The notes beneath the pieces are model-generated. The model saw only the letters and a program-made list of their open reading frames with translations, made no database searches and was not told where the DNA came from. DNA of 64,000 nt from Candidatus Hodarchaeota archaeon (GTDB taxonomy: Archaea; Asgardarchaeota; Lokiarchaeia; Sigyniarchaeales; SOKP01): the NCBI GenBank assembly GCA_048887225.1, contig JBHLJY010000002.1:32001-96000 (forward strand), read 5' to 3'. Positions 19,609 through 30,824 of the stretch are shown piece by piece (positions within the stretch are counted from its first letter, which is position 1; each line of letters opens with the position of its first letter). The position numbers were made by a program, and so were the translations under genes.

Positions 19609-20492
19609 ATATCGCTCTCATGCAAAATTTCAAATAATTTCGTTTTACAATCAAATTTTAATTTTTGATTTAAAAAATAAGTTTCCATTCTTTTTTTCGA
19701 TTTTATATCTATTTTAAATTTAATATTGTCATTAAATTTAATATCCCATAAAATTAAACCTGAAGGATCGGCTGGCTGATATGAAATGCGTCTCGTTTCG
19801 TCAAACAATTTTAGAAAATCCTCATAGTCAATTTCGCCTTTCCCTAATTCTATGATTTTTTTTACCATTCTTCGAATTTGTTGTCTCAAGAAAGCCTTAC
19901 TTTTAAAATTAAAAATCAAGAATTCGTTATCAACAGACATTTTCAAAGAATCTAAAGTCCTTATAGTTTTCACTTTTCTTTTTTCCCATTTAGAGAAATT
20001 AATAAAATCGTGTTGACCTTCTAATTCTTTACAAGCTTTTTGCATTAATTTTAAATCGATATTATAATTTTTCTGAAGAAAGCTAAAAGGGTCAGGAAAA
20101 ATATATTTATAATGCCGGAGTAAGGCGTTATATCGTGATGAAAAATCTTTCGGAACATCAGCATAAGCCCATAACCCAATTTCTTGTGGTAAAATTGAAT
20201 TAATCTCCATTAAAATAGGTTTCTTTTTAGATAAAAAAGAAAACGCAGCTCCAACAGCAGAAACAAGCTTATCAGTTCTGCTCGCAAATTCAATACCAGA
20301 ATTTTTAACATTTTCGATATATTTTTTTTCCTTTAAAGCATTTATTAAACACCTTTCTATAGTTAAAAGATTATTTTGCCGTTGCGAGCCAAAAAACCTT
20401 TGCTTTCCAATATAATAGAATTTAAAGAGATATCTTTGATTTTCCATTAGATTTTTCATCTCAAGTTTAATAATTAAACATTGATTCACCAT
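19605..20492 (-). CDS. truA: tRNA pseudouridine(38-40) synthase
   Basis: GSQRQ, ASRTDKLVSA, RHYKY, GQHDFINF, AFLRQQIRRMV; start probably an internal Met. Confidence 0.9.
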   Translation of the reverse strand: MVNQCLIIKLEMKNLMENQRYLFKFYYIGKQRFFGSQRQNNLLTIERCLINALKEKKYIENVKNSGIEFASRTDKLVSAVGAAFSFLSKKKPILMEINSILPQEIGLWAYADVPKDFSSRYNALLRHYKYIFPDPFSFLQKNYNIDLKLMQKACKELEGQHDFINFSKWEKRKVKTIRTLDSLKMSVDNEFLIFNFKSKAFLRQQIRRMVKKIIELGKGEIDYEDFLKLFDETRRISYQPADPSGLILWDIKFNDNIKFKIDIKSKKRMETYFLNQKLKFDCKTKLFEILHESDI

Positions 20493-20741
20493 ACTTTATA
20501 CAAGTAAAAATCGAAGGATGGAGCATATTCTAAAAAATTTATAACAGATTTTTAAATTATTATTTTTTTATAGTAAGTTTAAAATAATTTGAATAAGTAC
20601 AGAGCAATTATTTTATATTTCCTCTTTATTCTCTTATTTCAAAAAATTTTAAATGATTTAGATTTTTTTATATTCTAAATTTAATAAGATATTAAAGATT
20701 ATCTTTATCATTAGAGTTTTAAAAAATTACGACTAAGTTCG

Positions 20742-23700
20742 GTGTCTTCAATCGGTAAAAGAATCGATAGGATAAGTGCCTCCTTTAGAAACTTTAAAGA
20801 TAGGATTCGTGCGTCTGTGAGCGTTAAAAAGCGAAATATCGTATTTTTTTTAGCACTCATCTTAGTTGTAATTGTAGCAGTAATGATTCGCCTTACACCT
20901 GTTTTACGTGGTCCAACCCTAATTAAAGCATTTGATCCATGGATGCAGTATTACAATGCTAAATACATTTCAGAACATTCTCTCTATGAATACTTTCATT
21001 GGGTTGATAAAAAGAGTTGGTATCCCGAAGGATATCAACGAGCAGAAACGCGTCCAGGTTTACCTTTTACCGCAGTTGTTATTTGGTGGATTTTAAATTT
21101 TATTGGATTTCCAGTAACAATTTACGAAGTTTGTTATTATTTCCCTGCATTTATGGGTGGATTAACAGTTTTAGCCGCTTATTTTTTAGGAAAAGAGGTT
21201 TATGATCGAAATTGCGGACTCCTTGCTGCATTTTTTCTAGCATTCAATACAGGACATATGCAGAGAACAATGGCAGGTTTTTTTGATAACGAGACAATTG
21301 GAGTATTTGCTACTATTATGACACTTCTCTTTTTCTTAAAAACAATTAAAACGGGTAAGTTTTTGCATTCAATAATGGGGGGTCTCTTTCTAGGTTATTT
21401 GTCTTTAAGTTGGGGTGGATATCAATATGTTTTTTTTATCATTCCTCTTGTTTGTGTCATTTTAATCCTATTAAATAAATATAATGAAAATGTATTAATT
21501 GCTTATGCGGGAATTATAGGAACGGGTTTTCTAATATATTCATTATTTTTTAATTTCGATTATAAAAATTTTTTTAGCAATATATCTCTAGGAGGTATTT
21601 TTCTTTTTACTATAATTTTAATACTATTTCACATGATTCATTCAAAAAAGAACACTTATCCAAGATTTTATAATCTTTTGCTAAATTCAATTAAATGGTT
21701 TTCGATTCCCTTAATTATTGTTATTGCTATAATAATATGGGTTGATCCCAATATAATACCTCTCGGTATTGGTCCTAGATTAAATAGTATTCTTAGTCCT
21801 TTGTTACGAGATAAGTTGCATCTTGTAGCTTCGGTTGCGGAACATATGCCTAGTGCTTGGTCAATTTTTTATTATAATACTTTGATTCCATTGCTTCTTT
21901 TACCTCTTGGAATTTTCTTTTGTTTTAAGAGATTAAATGCTGCAGATATATTGTTAATGGCATTTTTATTGACGATATTTTATGCTACAGGAAGTATGAT
22001 TCGTGTAATTTTATTATTTGCACCTGCTGCATCCTTAATGGGTGCTTATGGATTAGTGAATATTTTAAAAATCTATGGTAGCTTTATAGGGGAAAGAAGG
22101 ATTAGCGTAAGTAGAAAACGAAGAAGACAATTAAGAAAACCAGTTGGTAGGTCTGAGGTCTTTGCGGTTTATTCTTTGATTGCATTTTTATGTATAGCTC
22201 AAGTTTTTCACGCAACTGATGTATCAATTAATCAATTGTCTTACAGCCAAATGGTGGCTGGAGGTCAATTTCATGATTGGGAAGATGCATTAACATGGAT
22301 GAAAAATAATTTAGCCGGAACCGATGTTGTTGTAAGTTGGTGGGATTATGGTTATTGGTTAACTCCTGTAGGAAACGTTACTACGGTAAATGATAACAAT
22401 ACCCATAAAAGTAAGAGAATAGGAATGACAGGAATGGCATTCATGCAAACTAATGAGATATATAGCGCAAAAATACTTCGTGAACTAAAAGCTGATTATG
22501 TTTTAGTTTATTTTGGATTTTTAATTACTGGAATGGGAGGCGATGAGGGCAAATGGCCATGGATGTTGAGAATTTGCAACGATCATTATGAATCTTACAA
22601 AGAAGAGGGTCTTGAAGAAGACAACTGGGCTGAAGGCAGCGTTTTTTTAGAAGATGATTATATAAATGAAACATCTGGAAAATATGAAGAAGCTTGGTTT
22701 CAATCTCAATTAGTCAGGTTGATGTTTTATGGCGAGCCAACAAGTCCCTCAGGAATTAATCCTAATACGAAATATTTACAGTGGTTTTACGCTTCGCAGA
22801 TTGGTGGGAATCCTTCACAAGGCATTAAACCAAGAGAAGACGATAATGGCAATGAATGGTCAGATCACATACCTACTAATGGGTTATATGATTTTAAAGT
22901 ATTTAAACCAGCCTATTTTTCTCGAAATGGGATGGTCAAAATATTTCAAGTTGACTACACTGCATTAGATTCTAGTTTTTCAATAACCAATCCTAAAGTA
23001 TTTGATATTGGTAGCTCTACGTTTAGTTTGGAAAATACTGGAACGAGAGATTTAACAATTAAAAATATAAAAATTAACAATAAAGAATACAATTTTACTA
23101 TGGGGAGATCGAATAATGATAGAAAATTGAGCATAAATGAAGAAGATATAGTTTGGATTGATCTTAGCGTTCCTTATAAAAAGGATGATGTTGTAAATAT
23201 AACAGTTACAGCTGAAGCAGACGCCTTGGGGGGTACTAAATATATTTTTGAGGAGAGTACAAAAAATTTCTTTGCTACTGAAGCTGAACCTGGCTTGATA
23301 AAAATAAATCGAGAAAATAGTAAAGTGGAACAGAATGGTAATTTAGCCAATATAATTCTAGAAGTAAAAAATGTTGGAAGTTACACTACCAATTTAGATT
23401 ACTTTTATGTCAATGATGAACAAAATAGGTACAACGCTACAAGTTATATTAGTGGTTCTTCAGTATTAAGACCAGGAGAAAAATCGGTTGCATATATTGC
23501 AGATGTCAATGGAGAATTTAATCCTCAAGAACCCGGAATAAAAGGAAATTTAGTTGGAGTAATTACATCACAAGGTGTAAAGGACGAAACCTTGCTTTCA
23601 TATAATACTGAAAATTACAAACTTGTGATACTTAATGAGGATAGAACGCTTTCGCCAGAACTTTTAGCAGCAAGCAGTAAAAATACTTACAAATATCACA

Positions 23701-24725
23701 TTCCAATTGATTTTAATAATATAGATACATATGCTTACACTAATGGTAACATTAGAATTCGTGTGAAAAATAGAGGAAGTAAAGTTCTCGGATTAGATTC
23801 AGTTTATATAGCTAAAGCGAATTCTGTGAAGTATGGAAATATATTTAATTTAACTAACGCAAATGATGCTATCGAATCTGATAAAATTGATACAATAAAT
23901 CACGATTTAATATTAAACCCTAACGATGAAAATACAATTGTAATAGAGCCTTCAGATCTACCTCCGGGATTATCACAAATTAATTTAAATGAGGAATTAA
24001 TTATTGCCGTTTCGGCAAAGGGATATATGGTCCCCGAACCGGTTGCTTCAGATATTGGTGTAATTCAAGCAATTAAAGCTGAACCGAATATTACAATAAT
24101 AGAAACAATAGATGGTCTAACTCCCTCTTATATCGCAGCTAATGAAACAGGAAAATTATTAATTAAAAATACGGGTAATGAGGTCGTAAACTTAACAAAT
24201 ATCATTCTTAACGATACAACAACAATATCAATTGCTAATAATGTAAGTCTTCTATATGGAGATGCTATTTTAAATGTCTCTAAATGTACATTGCTTACTT
24301 TTGATATTCCCGGTTTGAAAATTAATCAATCAAATGAACTTAAAGTAAATGTTACTACAAATACAACGGCACAAGATATCCATAGATTTAATGCAATTGT
24401 AAATAGCAATTATTATAATATTTTAGTTATCAATAATGGAACGGGCTCAGCAAATTTAATATTTAGAGTCAATAACAATGGTACATCCAGTGTAGAAATA
24501 GATTCCATTTATATTAATGGAACAAATATCGATCTAGGTGATTTTACGAGAAATCCGCCGACATCATTGGTGATCAGTTCGGGAGGGACAATACAATTTT
24601 CTATCGCAATTACCACTTTAGAAACTAATTATTTTGGTGGAGCAGAACTGAACGATAAGAAATTAAGAATACTTGGGAGGACAAAGGAAGGCGCTGAAAA
24701 TACTAAAGATATAGCTATACCCTAA
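20742..24725 (+). CDS. aglB: Oligosaccharyltransferase AglB/STT3 with long C-terminal beta-sandwich extension
   Basis: AFDPW, GFFDNE, SVAEH, WWDYG, DEGK; multiple TM helices; about 570-aa extracellular tail. Confidence 0.93.
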   Translation: MSSIGKRIDRISASFRNFKDRIRASVSVKKRNIVFFLALILVVIVAVMIRLTPVLRGPTLIKAFDPWMQYYNAKYISEHSLYEYFHWVDKKSWYPEGYQRAETRPGLPFTAVVIWWILNFIGFPVTIYEVCYYFPAFMGGLTVLAAYFLGKEVYDRNCGLLAAFFLAFNTGHMQRTMAGFFDNETIGVFATIMTLLFFLKTIKTGKFLHSIMGGLFLGYLSLSWGGYQYVFFIIPLVCVILILLNKYNENVLIAYAGIIGTGFLIYSLFFNFDYKNFFSNISLGGIFLFTIILILFHMIHSKKNTYPRFYNLLLNSIKWFSIPLIIVIAIIIWVDPNIIPLGIGPRLNSILSPLLRDKLHLVASVAEHMPSAWSIFYYNTLIPLLLLPLGIFFCFKRLNAADILLMAFLLTIFYATGSMIRVILLFAPAASLMGAYGLVNILKIYGSFIGERRISVSRKRRRQLRKPVGRSEVFAVYSLIAFLCIAQVFHATDVSINQLSYSQMVAGGQFHDWEDALTWMKNNLAGTDVVVSWWDYGYWLTPVGNVTTVNDNNTHKSKRIGMTGMAFMQTNEIYSAKILRELKADYVLVYFGFLITGMGGDEGKWPWMLRICNDHYESYKEEGLEEDNWAEGSVFLEDDYINETSGKYEEAWFQSQLVRLMFYGEPTSPSGINPNTKYLQWFYASQIGGNPSQGIKPREDDNGNEWSDHIPTNGLYDFKVFKPAYFSRNGMVKIFQVDYTALDSSFSITNPKVFDIGSSTFSLENTGTRDLTIKNIKINNKEYNFTMGRSNNDRKLSINEEDIVWIDLSVPYKKDDVVNITVTAEADALGGTKYIFEESTKNFFATEAEPGLIKINRENSKVEQNGNLANIILEVKNVGSYTTNLDYFYVNDEQNRYNATSYISGSSVLRPGEKSVAYIADVNGEFNPQEPGIKGNLVGVITSQGVKDETLLSYNTENYKLVILNEDRTLSPELLAASSKNTYKYHIPIDFNNIDTYAYTNGNIRIRVKNRGSKVLGLDSVYIAKANSVKYGNIFNLTNANDAIESDKIDTINHDLILNPNDENTIVIEPSDLPPGLSQINLNEELIIAVSAKGYMVPEPVASDIGVIQAIKAEPNITIIETIDGLTPSYIAANETGKLLIKNTGNEVVNLTNIILNDTTTISIANNVSLLYGDAILNVSKCTLLTFDIPGLKINQSNELKVNVTTNTTAQDIHRFNAIVNSNYYNILVINNGTGSANLIFRVNNNGTSSVEIDSIYINGTNIDLGDFTRNPPTSLVISSGGTIQFSIAITTLETNYFGGAELNDKKLRILGRTKEGAENTKDIAIP

Positions 24726-24904
24726 TCTTCTTTTTATTATGTAGTATTAATCAACAATAAGTAGCTCCTTTTTATAATAAATATTTTTATTTTTAAATCA
24801 AAAAAATCATAAGTTAGAATTCATTAAAATTTCAAAGACTAATTGCTTTAATAAATTCATCAGTTATATACAAGCACTGATTAAAAAATTATTTTTAAAA
24901 TTTT

Positions 24905-26896
24905 ATGAGTGTTAAATTTACAATAGACTCTGATTTTGAGCCGAAGGGAGACCAGCCACAGGCAATTATTACGCTTGCAAATAATATAAAAGATGGTAAA
25001 AGGTTTCAAACTTTATTGGGAGCTACTGGAACAGGAAAAAGTTTTGTTATTGCTAATATCATTAAAGAAATCCAAAAACCAACTTTGATTATCGCTCCAA
25101 ACAAGACCTTAGCAGCACAATTATATCAAGAATTCAAAAATTTATTTCCAAATAATGCAGTCCATTATTTCGTTTCATACTACGATTATTACCAACCTGA
25201 AGCTTACATGCCAATCACTGGCTTGTATATCGAAAAAGATTTTAGCGTAAACGAGGAAATTGAAAAATTAAGATTGGCATCTACTCATGCAATAAAGACT
25301 CGAGAGGACGTAATAATAATTGCCACAGTTTCATGCATTTATGGAATTGGAAATCCTGATGAATGGGTTGCTGTTTCTTTGAATTTAGAGGTAGGACAAA
25401 CAATTAAAAGATCTGATATATTGAAACACGTAATCAAAATGAACTACGAACGAAAAAACATTGAATTTAAAAGAGGCGTAGTTAGAGTGAAGGGAGATAT
25501 TGTTGATATTTTTCCAGCATATTTAGACACGGCTATAAGAATATCGTTATTTGGAGACGAGATTGAATCAATTCAAGAGATACATCCGCTTTCAAATCAA
25601 TTTCTCAAAGAATTACCCAATTGTCGAATCTTTCCAGCAACTCACTTTATTATTCCAGATGAAAATAAAATAAAAGCATTAGAATCAATAAAAGTGGAAT
25701 TAAAGAAACAGATTGCATTCTTTAAAAATGAAAAAAAGTACGCAGAAGCTCAACGAATTGAAAGGAGAGTAAAATTTGATTTAGAAATGATGAGAGAGAT
25801 GGGGTATTGTAAGGGAATTGAAAATTATTCAAGACATTTGGATGGCCGACCTCCAGGAAAGCCCCCAATGAATTTGATTGACTATTTCCCGCAAGACTTT
25901 TTAATTGTAGTAGATGAATCCCACATTACAATACCTCAGATTCATGGGATGATTGGTGGTGATAAATCGCGCAAAAAAAATCTCGTAGAATTTGGGTGGC
26001 GGCTTCCAAGCGCTTACGATAATAGACCATTAACCTTTGAAGAATGGGAAAGTAAAATTAAATATATTATTTTTATGAGCGCTACTCCAGGAGATTATGA
26101 ATTAGAGAAAAGCGGAGGAATTTCGGCAGATCAAATTATCCGACCGACTGGATTAGTTGATCCTCAAGTTGAAGTTAGGCCAGCTAAAAATCAAATTGAT
26201 GATTTATTAGGCGAAATCAAGAAAGTTTTAAAAAATCAAGGTAGAGTATTAATTACAACACTTACAAAAAGAATGTCGGAGGATATTGCTGAATATTATT
26301 CTGAATTAGGAATTAAAATTGCATACTTACATTCCGAAGTTGATACTGTAGAAAGATTTGAGATTTTAAGGAAATTAAGAGATGGCACTTTTGATGTGGT
26401 GGTTGGAATAAATCTTCTTCGGGAGGGATTAGATCTTCCAGAAGTTCAGTTGGTTGGAATTTTAGATGCAGATAAATTAGGTTTTTTAAGAGATACAAGA
26501 TCATTAATTCAAACAATTGGGAGAGCTTCGAGAAATGTAAATGGAAGAGCTATATTGTATGGGGATAAAATCTCTCAATCAATGAAAGCAGCTATAAATG
26601 AAACAAACCGCAGAAGAAAAAAACAAATAGATCATAATAAAGAACATAATATTACACCTCAGACAATCAAAAAGAATATATTAGAATCACTTTCTGAAGA
26701 AAAAGAATTCAAAGAGAAAGAAAGCAAGAGGTTGAAACAAACAATCGAGCAGAAAATAGAAGAATTAGGTGATACTGAGATTATTTTGCAATATCTTGAG
26801 AATAAAATGTTTTTAGCAGCAAAAGAATTAAGATTTGAAGACGCTGCCTACTTGAGGGATAGAATCAAAGAAGTTAAGTTAAAATTAAAGATTTAA
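24905..26896 (+). CDS. uvrB: Excinuclease ABC subunit B
   Basis: GATGTGKS, YYDYYQPEAY, DESH, GLDLPEV, C-terminal UVR domain FEDAAYLRD. Confidence 0.98.
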   Translation: MSVKFTIDSDFEPKGDQPQAIITLANNIKDGKRFQTLLGATGTGKSFVIANIIKEIQKPTLIIAPNKTLAAQLYQEFKNLFPNNAVHYFVSYYDYYQPEAYMPITGLYIEKDFSVNEEIEKLRLASTHAIKTREDVIIIATVSCIYGIGNPDEWVAVSLNLEVGQTIKRSDILKHVIKMNYERKNIEFKRGVVRVKGDIVDIFPAYLDTAIRISLFGDEIESIQEIHPLSNQFLKELPNCRIFPATHFIIPDENKIKALESIKVELKKQIAFFKNEKKYAEAQRIERRVKFDLEMMREMGYCKGIENYSRHLDGRPPGKPPMNLIDYFPQDFLIVVDESHITIPQIHGMIGGDKSRKKNLVEFGWRLPSAYDNRPLTFEEWESKIKYIIFMSATPGDYELEKSGGISADQIIRPTGLVDPQVEVRPAKNQIDDLLGEIKKVLKNQGRVLITTLTKRMSEDIAEYYSELGIKIAYLHSEVDTVERFEILRKLRDGTFDVVVGINLLREGLDLPEVQLVGILDADKLGFLRDTRSLIQTIGRASRNVNGRAILYGDKISQSMKAAINETNRRRKKQIDHNKEHNITPQTIKKNILESLSEEKEFKEKESKRLKQTIEQKIEELGDTEIILQYLENKMFLAAKELRFEDAAYLRDRIKEVKLKLKI

Positions 26897-26934
26897 AGAA
26901 TTCTTATAAAATAAAATCATAGAATTTTTCATTT

Positions 26935-29829
26935 TTGATTAATTCAATATTCATTGATAAGAATATGAATGATAATCCCATTATAATTAAAGGGGCTAGG
27001 CAGAACAACTTAAAGAATATCGACGTAATTATTCCCAGAAACAAATTAGTTGTGATCACTGGAGTAAGTGGAAGTGGCAAAAGTTCTTTAGCAATGGATA
27101 CTTTATACGCTGAGGGACAAAGAAGATTTCTAGAATCACTATCTAGCTACGCACGACAATTTTTAGGAGAGATGGACAAACCCGATGTAGATTCGATTGA
27201 AGGATTATCCCCTGCAATTGCCATAGAACAAAAGCCTCTATCAAAAAATCCACGAAGCACAGTGGGCACAGTAACCGAAATTTACGATTATTACAGATTA
27301 TTATTCGCGAATGCAGGAATTCCTCATTGTCCAAATTGCGGAAAAGAAATTAAACCTCAAACTCCTCAACAGATTATAGAGCAGGTGTTAAGCTCCATAA
27401 AGGAAAATCAGAAATTTATAATAAAAGCTCCTCTTATCAGAGATAGAAAAGGTGAATACAAAGATCTACTACAGGATCTAAAAAAACAAGGTTACGTAAG
27501 GGTAGAAATTGATGGGATTCAATATACTCTTGACGAAGAAATAACACTGGATAAAAATGTAAAACATAATGTAAGCGTTATAATAGATAGGTTAGTTATG
27601 AAAAAAGATGTAAGAACTCGACTAGCAGACTCAATAGAAAATGCACTAGAATTAACAGAAGGGATTGTAATAATCGATGTGGTTGAGGAAGAAGAACAAA
27701 TGTATTCGGAACACTATGCATGTTTGGATTGTCAAATTTCATTACCTCCAATAGATCATAAAATGTTCTCATTTAATATTCCTCATGGGAGTTGTAAGTA
27801 TTGTAACGGATTAGGCTCAGTTATGGAATTTGATTATAGCCTAATATTAGGAGATAATGTTTATGTACCACTTGCGGAAAGTGGAATTAGAAATATTCCT
27901 GGATTTGGGTCCTCAACAGGTTATTCGTGGCAAATGATAAAACAAGTAGCAAATCACTACGGATTTAACATTAATAAAACTCATATTAATGAGATCGATC
28001 CTAAAAAATTACATAAATTATTATTTGGCTCTGGAGATGAGAGTATAAATTTTCATTTTATAAGTGAAAAAAATGATTATAGGAATAGTACATTTTCAAC
28101 CTGGGAGACAAATCGCACTTTCGAGGGAATTATCCCAATGCTGCATCGAAGATATATGGAAACAACATCAGAAGCAGCTCGCGAAGTGTATGAAAGCTTT
28201 ATGAATAGGATTAATTGCCCTCAATGTAATGGGCAACGATTAAAAGCAGAAAGTTTAGCCGTGACTATCAGCAACTTAAATATAGCAGAATTATCTAATC
28301 ACACAGTAAAAGACGCCATTACATTTTTTAAGGAATTAGAACTAGATGAGGTTCGAAAAATAATTGTAAAAGAAGTTTTAAAAGAAATTAAAGATCGATT
28401 ATCATTCTTGAATAATGTTGGATTAGATTATATTCAATTAAGCCGAAGATCAGATACATTATCCGTAGGAGAAGCTGAAAGAATTAGATTAGCAACCCAA
28501 TTAGGATCAACTCTAGTTGGTGTATTGTATGTTTTAGATGAACCTACAATTGGTTTACATCAGAGAGATATTTTACGTTTAGTCAAAATGTTAAAAAAAT
28601 TAAGAGATTTAGGAAATACTGTGCTAGTTGTCGAACATGATGAAGCTGTCATTGAAAATGCAGATCATATCATTGATTTAGGGCCTTTAGCGGGAGAAAA
28701 TGGAGGAGAGATAGTTGCTCAGGGGTCAATAGAAGAAATTATTAAATCCAATTCTTTAACTGGCAAGTATTTATCTGGAAAGGAAGAAATAGAAATACCT
28801 AAAAAGAGGAGAGATGTTCCTGAAAAATTTATTGAAATAAAGGGGGCTAGAGAACATAATCTAAAAAATATTAATTTACGAATTCCGTTAGGTGTATTCA
28901 CATGCATTACTGGAGTTTCAGGGGCGGGAAAAACCAGTTTAATAATAGATTGCTTATATAGGGGATTGCATAATCTCATTAATATTCGTAGTTCTAAAAT
29001 TAAAACTGGAGATTTTGATGAAATAATCGGATATGAGAAACTCGATAAAATCATTAATATTGATCAATCACCAATAGGAAAGACACCAAGGTCAGTTCCA
29101 GCAACATATTCTAAAGCTATGGATTATATTAGAGATATATTTGCGGCATTACCGGAATCTAGAGAAAGAGGGTATAAAAAAGGGAGATTCAGTTTTAATA
29201 CAAAGGCTGGCCATTGTAGAAAATGTAGAGGTACGGGCTACATCCTTAAGGAAATGTATTTTCTTCCAGATGTTTATATTAGATGTGATTTATGTAAAGG
29301 AAAGCGTTATAATGCAGAAACTCTTGAAATTAAATATAGGGGAATAACTATTTCAGATGTTCTAGATATGACTTTTGATCACGCTTTACAATTTTTTGAT
29401 AGTTATCCAAACCTAAAAAGAACACTTCAAACTGTAGTTGATGTTGGCTTAGGCTATCTAGAATTAGGGCAATCATCAACCACTTTAAGCGGCGGTGAAT
29501 CTCAGAGGTTAAAAATTGCCAGAGAATTAAGAAAAACAAGCACAGGTAATACATTATACATTCTTGATGAGCCTACGACTGGATTAAGTGCTTACGATAT
29601 TAAGATTTTATTAAAAGTACTTCAAAGATTAGTTGATAAAGGTAATACAGTAATAATTATTGAACATAATATGGAAATTATAAAATCTGTAGATTATATT
29701 ATAGATTTAGGTTTAGAAGGTGGTGATGAAGGTGGTGAAATTGTTGTTATGGGAAGTCCAGAAGAAATTATTAGAAATGGCAGATCCTACACAGCTGGAT
29801 ACTTAAAAAAATATCTAAATCAAAAATAA
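26935..29829 (+). CDS. uvrA: Excinuclease ABC subunit A
   Basis: GARQNNLKN, GVSGSGKSS, zinc fingers, second NBD GVSGAGKT and LSGGESQR; start may be the ATG at 26965. Confidence 0.97.
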   Translation: MINSIFIDKNMNDNPIIIKGARQNNLKNIDVIIPRNKLVVITGVSGSGKSSLAMDTLYAEGQRRFLESLSSYARQFLGEMDKPDVDSIEGLSPAIAIEQKPLSKNPRSTVGTVTEIYDYYRLLFANAGIPHCPNCGKEIKPQTPQQIIEQVLSSIKENQKFIIKAPLIRDRKGEYKDLLQDLKKQGYVRVEIDGIQYTLDEEITLDKNVKHNVSVIIDRLVMKKDVRTRLADSIENALELTEGIVIIDVVEEEEQMYSEHYACLDCQISLPPIDHKMFSFNIPHGSCKYCNGLGSVMEFDYSLILGDNVYVPLAESGIRNIPGFGSSTGYSWQMIKQVANHYGFNINKTHINEIDPKKLHKLLFGSGDESINFHFISEKNDYRNSTFSTWETNRTFEGIIPMLHRRYMETTSEAAREVYESFMNRINCPQCNGQRLKAESLAVTISNLNIAELSNHTVKDAITFFKELELDEVRKIIVKEVLKEIKDRLSFLNNVGLDYIQLSRRSDTLSVGEAERIRLATQLGSTLVGVLYVLDEPTIGLHQRDILRLVKMLKKLRDLGNTVLVVEHDEAVIENADHIIDLGPLAGENGGEIVAQGSIEEIIKSNSLTGKYLSGKEEIEIPKKRRDVPEKFIEIKGAREHNLKNINLRIPLGVFTCITGVSGAGKTSLIIDCLYRGLHNLINIRSSKIKTGDFDEIIGYEKLDKIINIDQSPIGKTPRSVPATYSKAMDYIRDIFAALPESRERGYKKGRFSFNTKAGHCRKCRGTGYILKEMYFLPDVYIRCDLCKGKRYNAETLEIKYRGITISDVLDMTFDHALQFFDSYPNLKRTLQTVVDVGLGYLELGQSSTTLSGGESQRLKIARELRKTSTGNTLYILDEPTTGLSAYDIKILLKVLQRLVDKGNTVIIIEHNMEIIKSVDYIIDLGLEGGDEGGEIVVMGSPEEIIRNGRSYTAGYLKKYLNQK

Positions 29830-29857
29830 ATTCTTTAAATTGTAGAAAAATATTTTC

Positions 29858-30583
29858 TTATTTTTCCTTTAAAAGAAGTTTTTTCATCCAATTAGGTAGT
29901 ATGAAACCACCATAAAATTCGAAAGCACTTGAAATTAATATTAATCTACCCACAATTAAAATTATAATTGAAATATGACTAAAAATCTCCAATATGGCCC
30001 CTATAATAAAGAAATAAATTGCGAACAGTAAAAGTTTTCCTTTTAATTTAATTTCTGGATTGTCAGATTTTAGAGAACTCCTTCCAAATAAAGTACCTGT
30101 AATTAATACTAAGATTATCATAGAAATTTGATAAGCAGTCACTATTAAACCGTATGTAGCATCAACAGGACTTAACACTTCTCCAAGCATATTCGGATTT
30201 GTAAAAAGAAAATATAAATAGTAAACTTCAAACGCAGCGCTATAAATTCCAAATATTAATAGAATTAATTTTTGTTTTTCTTTATATAAAAGGTCGGTAA
30301 ACGCAACCATCCAAATAAATGAGGTGATTGGAAGGAGGGCATTTCCCAGAAACATATATAAATTGTCATCAATTCCAGCTCCTGTTGTGAGAATCAATAA
30401 TACTGAAAGCGAACTAGAATACCAAATTGATGTTAATCCAATCCAAGTAAATCCAACTAATAGCAATGCTTTTTGTTTATATTTAAAATATTTCGAAGCA
30501 ATTGTTAATCCAAGAATTATTGAAATAGAAACAAAAACAATACTAAATATTCCGTTAATCAATTCGAGTGGTGTTAATTCCAT
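29858..30583 (-). CDS. Polytopic (about 7 TM) membrane protein of unknown function
   Basis: About seven hydrophobic segments; ends in LPNWMKK. Confidence 0.7.
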   Translation of the reverse strand: MELTPLELINGIFSIVFVSISIILGLTIASKYFKYKQKALLLVGFTWIGLTSIWYSSSLSVLLILTTGAGIDDNLYMFLGNALLPITSFIWMVAFTDLLYKEKQKLILLIFGIYSAAFEVYYLYFLFTNPNMLGEVLSPVDATYGLIVTAYQISMIILVLITGTLFGRSSLKSDNPEIKLKGKLLLFAIYFFIIGAILEIFSHISIIILIVGRLILISSAFEFYGGFILPNWMKKLLLKEK

Positions 30584-30824
30584 AAAGAAATTTCAATGTT
30601 TTTATTTTTAAATATTATAATAAGAAACATTTATTAAAATATTTATTAATAGAGTCTCGTTTGGATTGGATTAAATTATATCTTCCTTATTATAATAAAA
30701 TTTATCTCAAACTCAATTATTTTATAAAATAAAGAAAAAAATACTAAACAATTGTTATCTTTTTTTAAAACAACGATTAATATTTAATTCATTAAGAAGC
30801 CCTAATAGAATATCGTGAGAAAAA

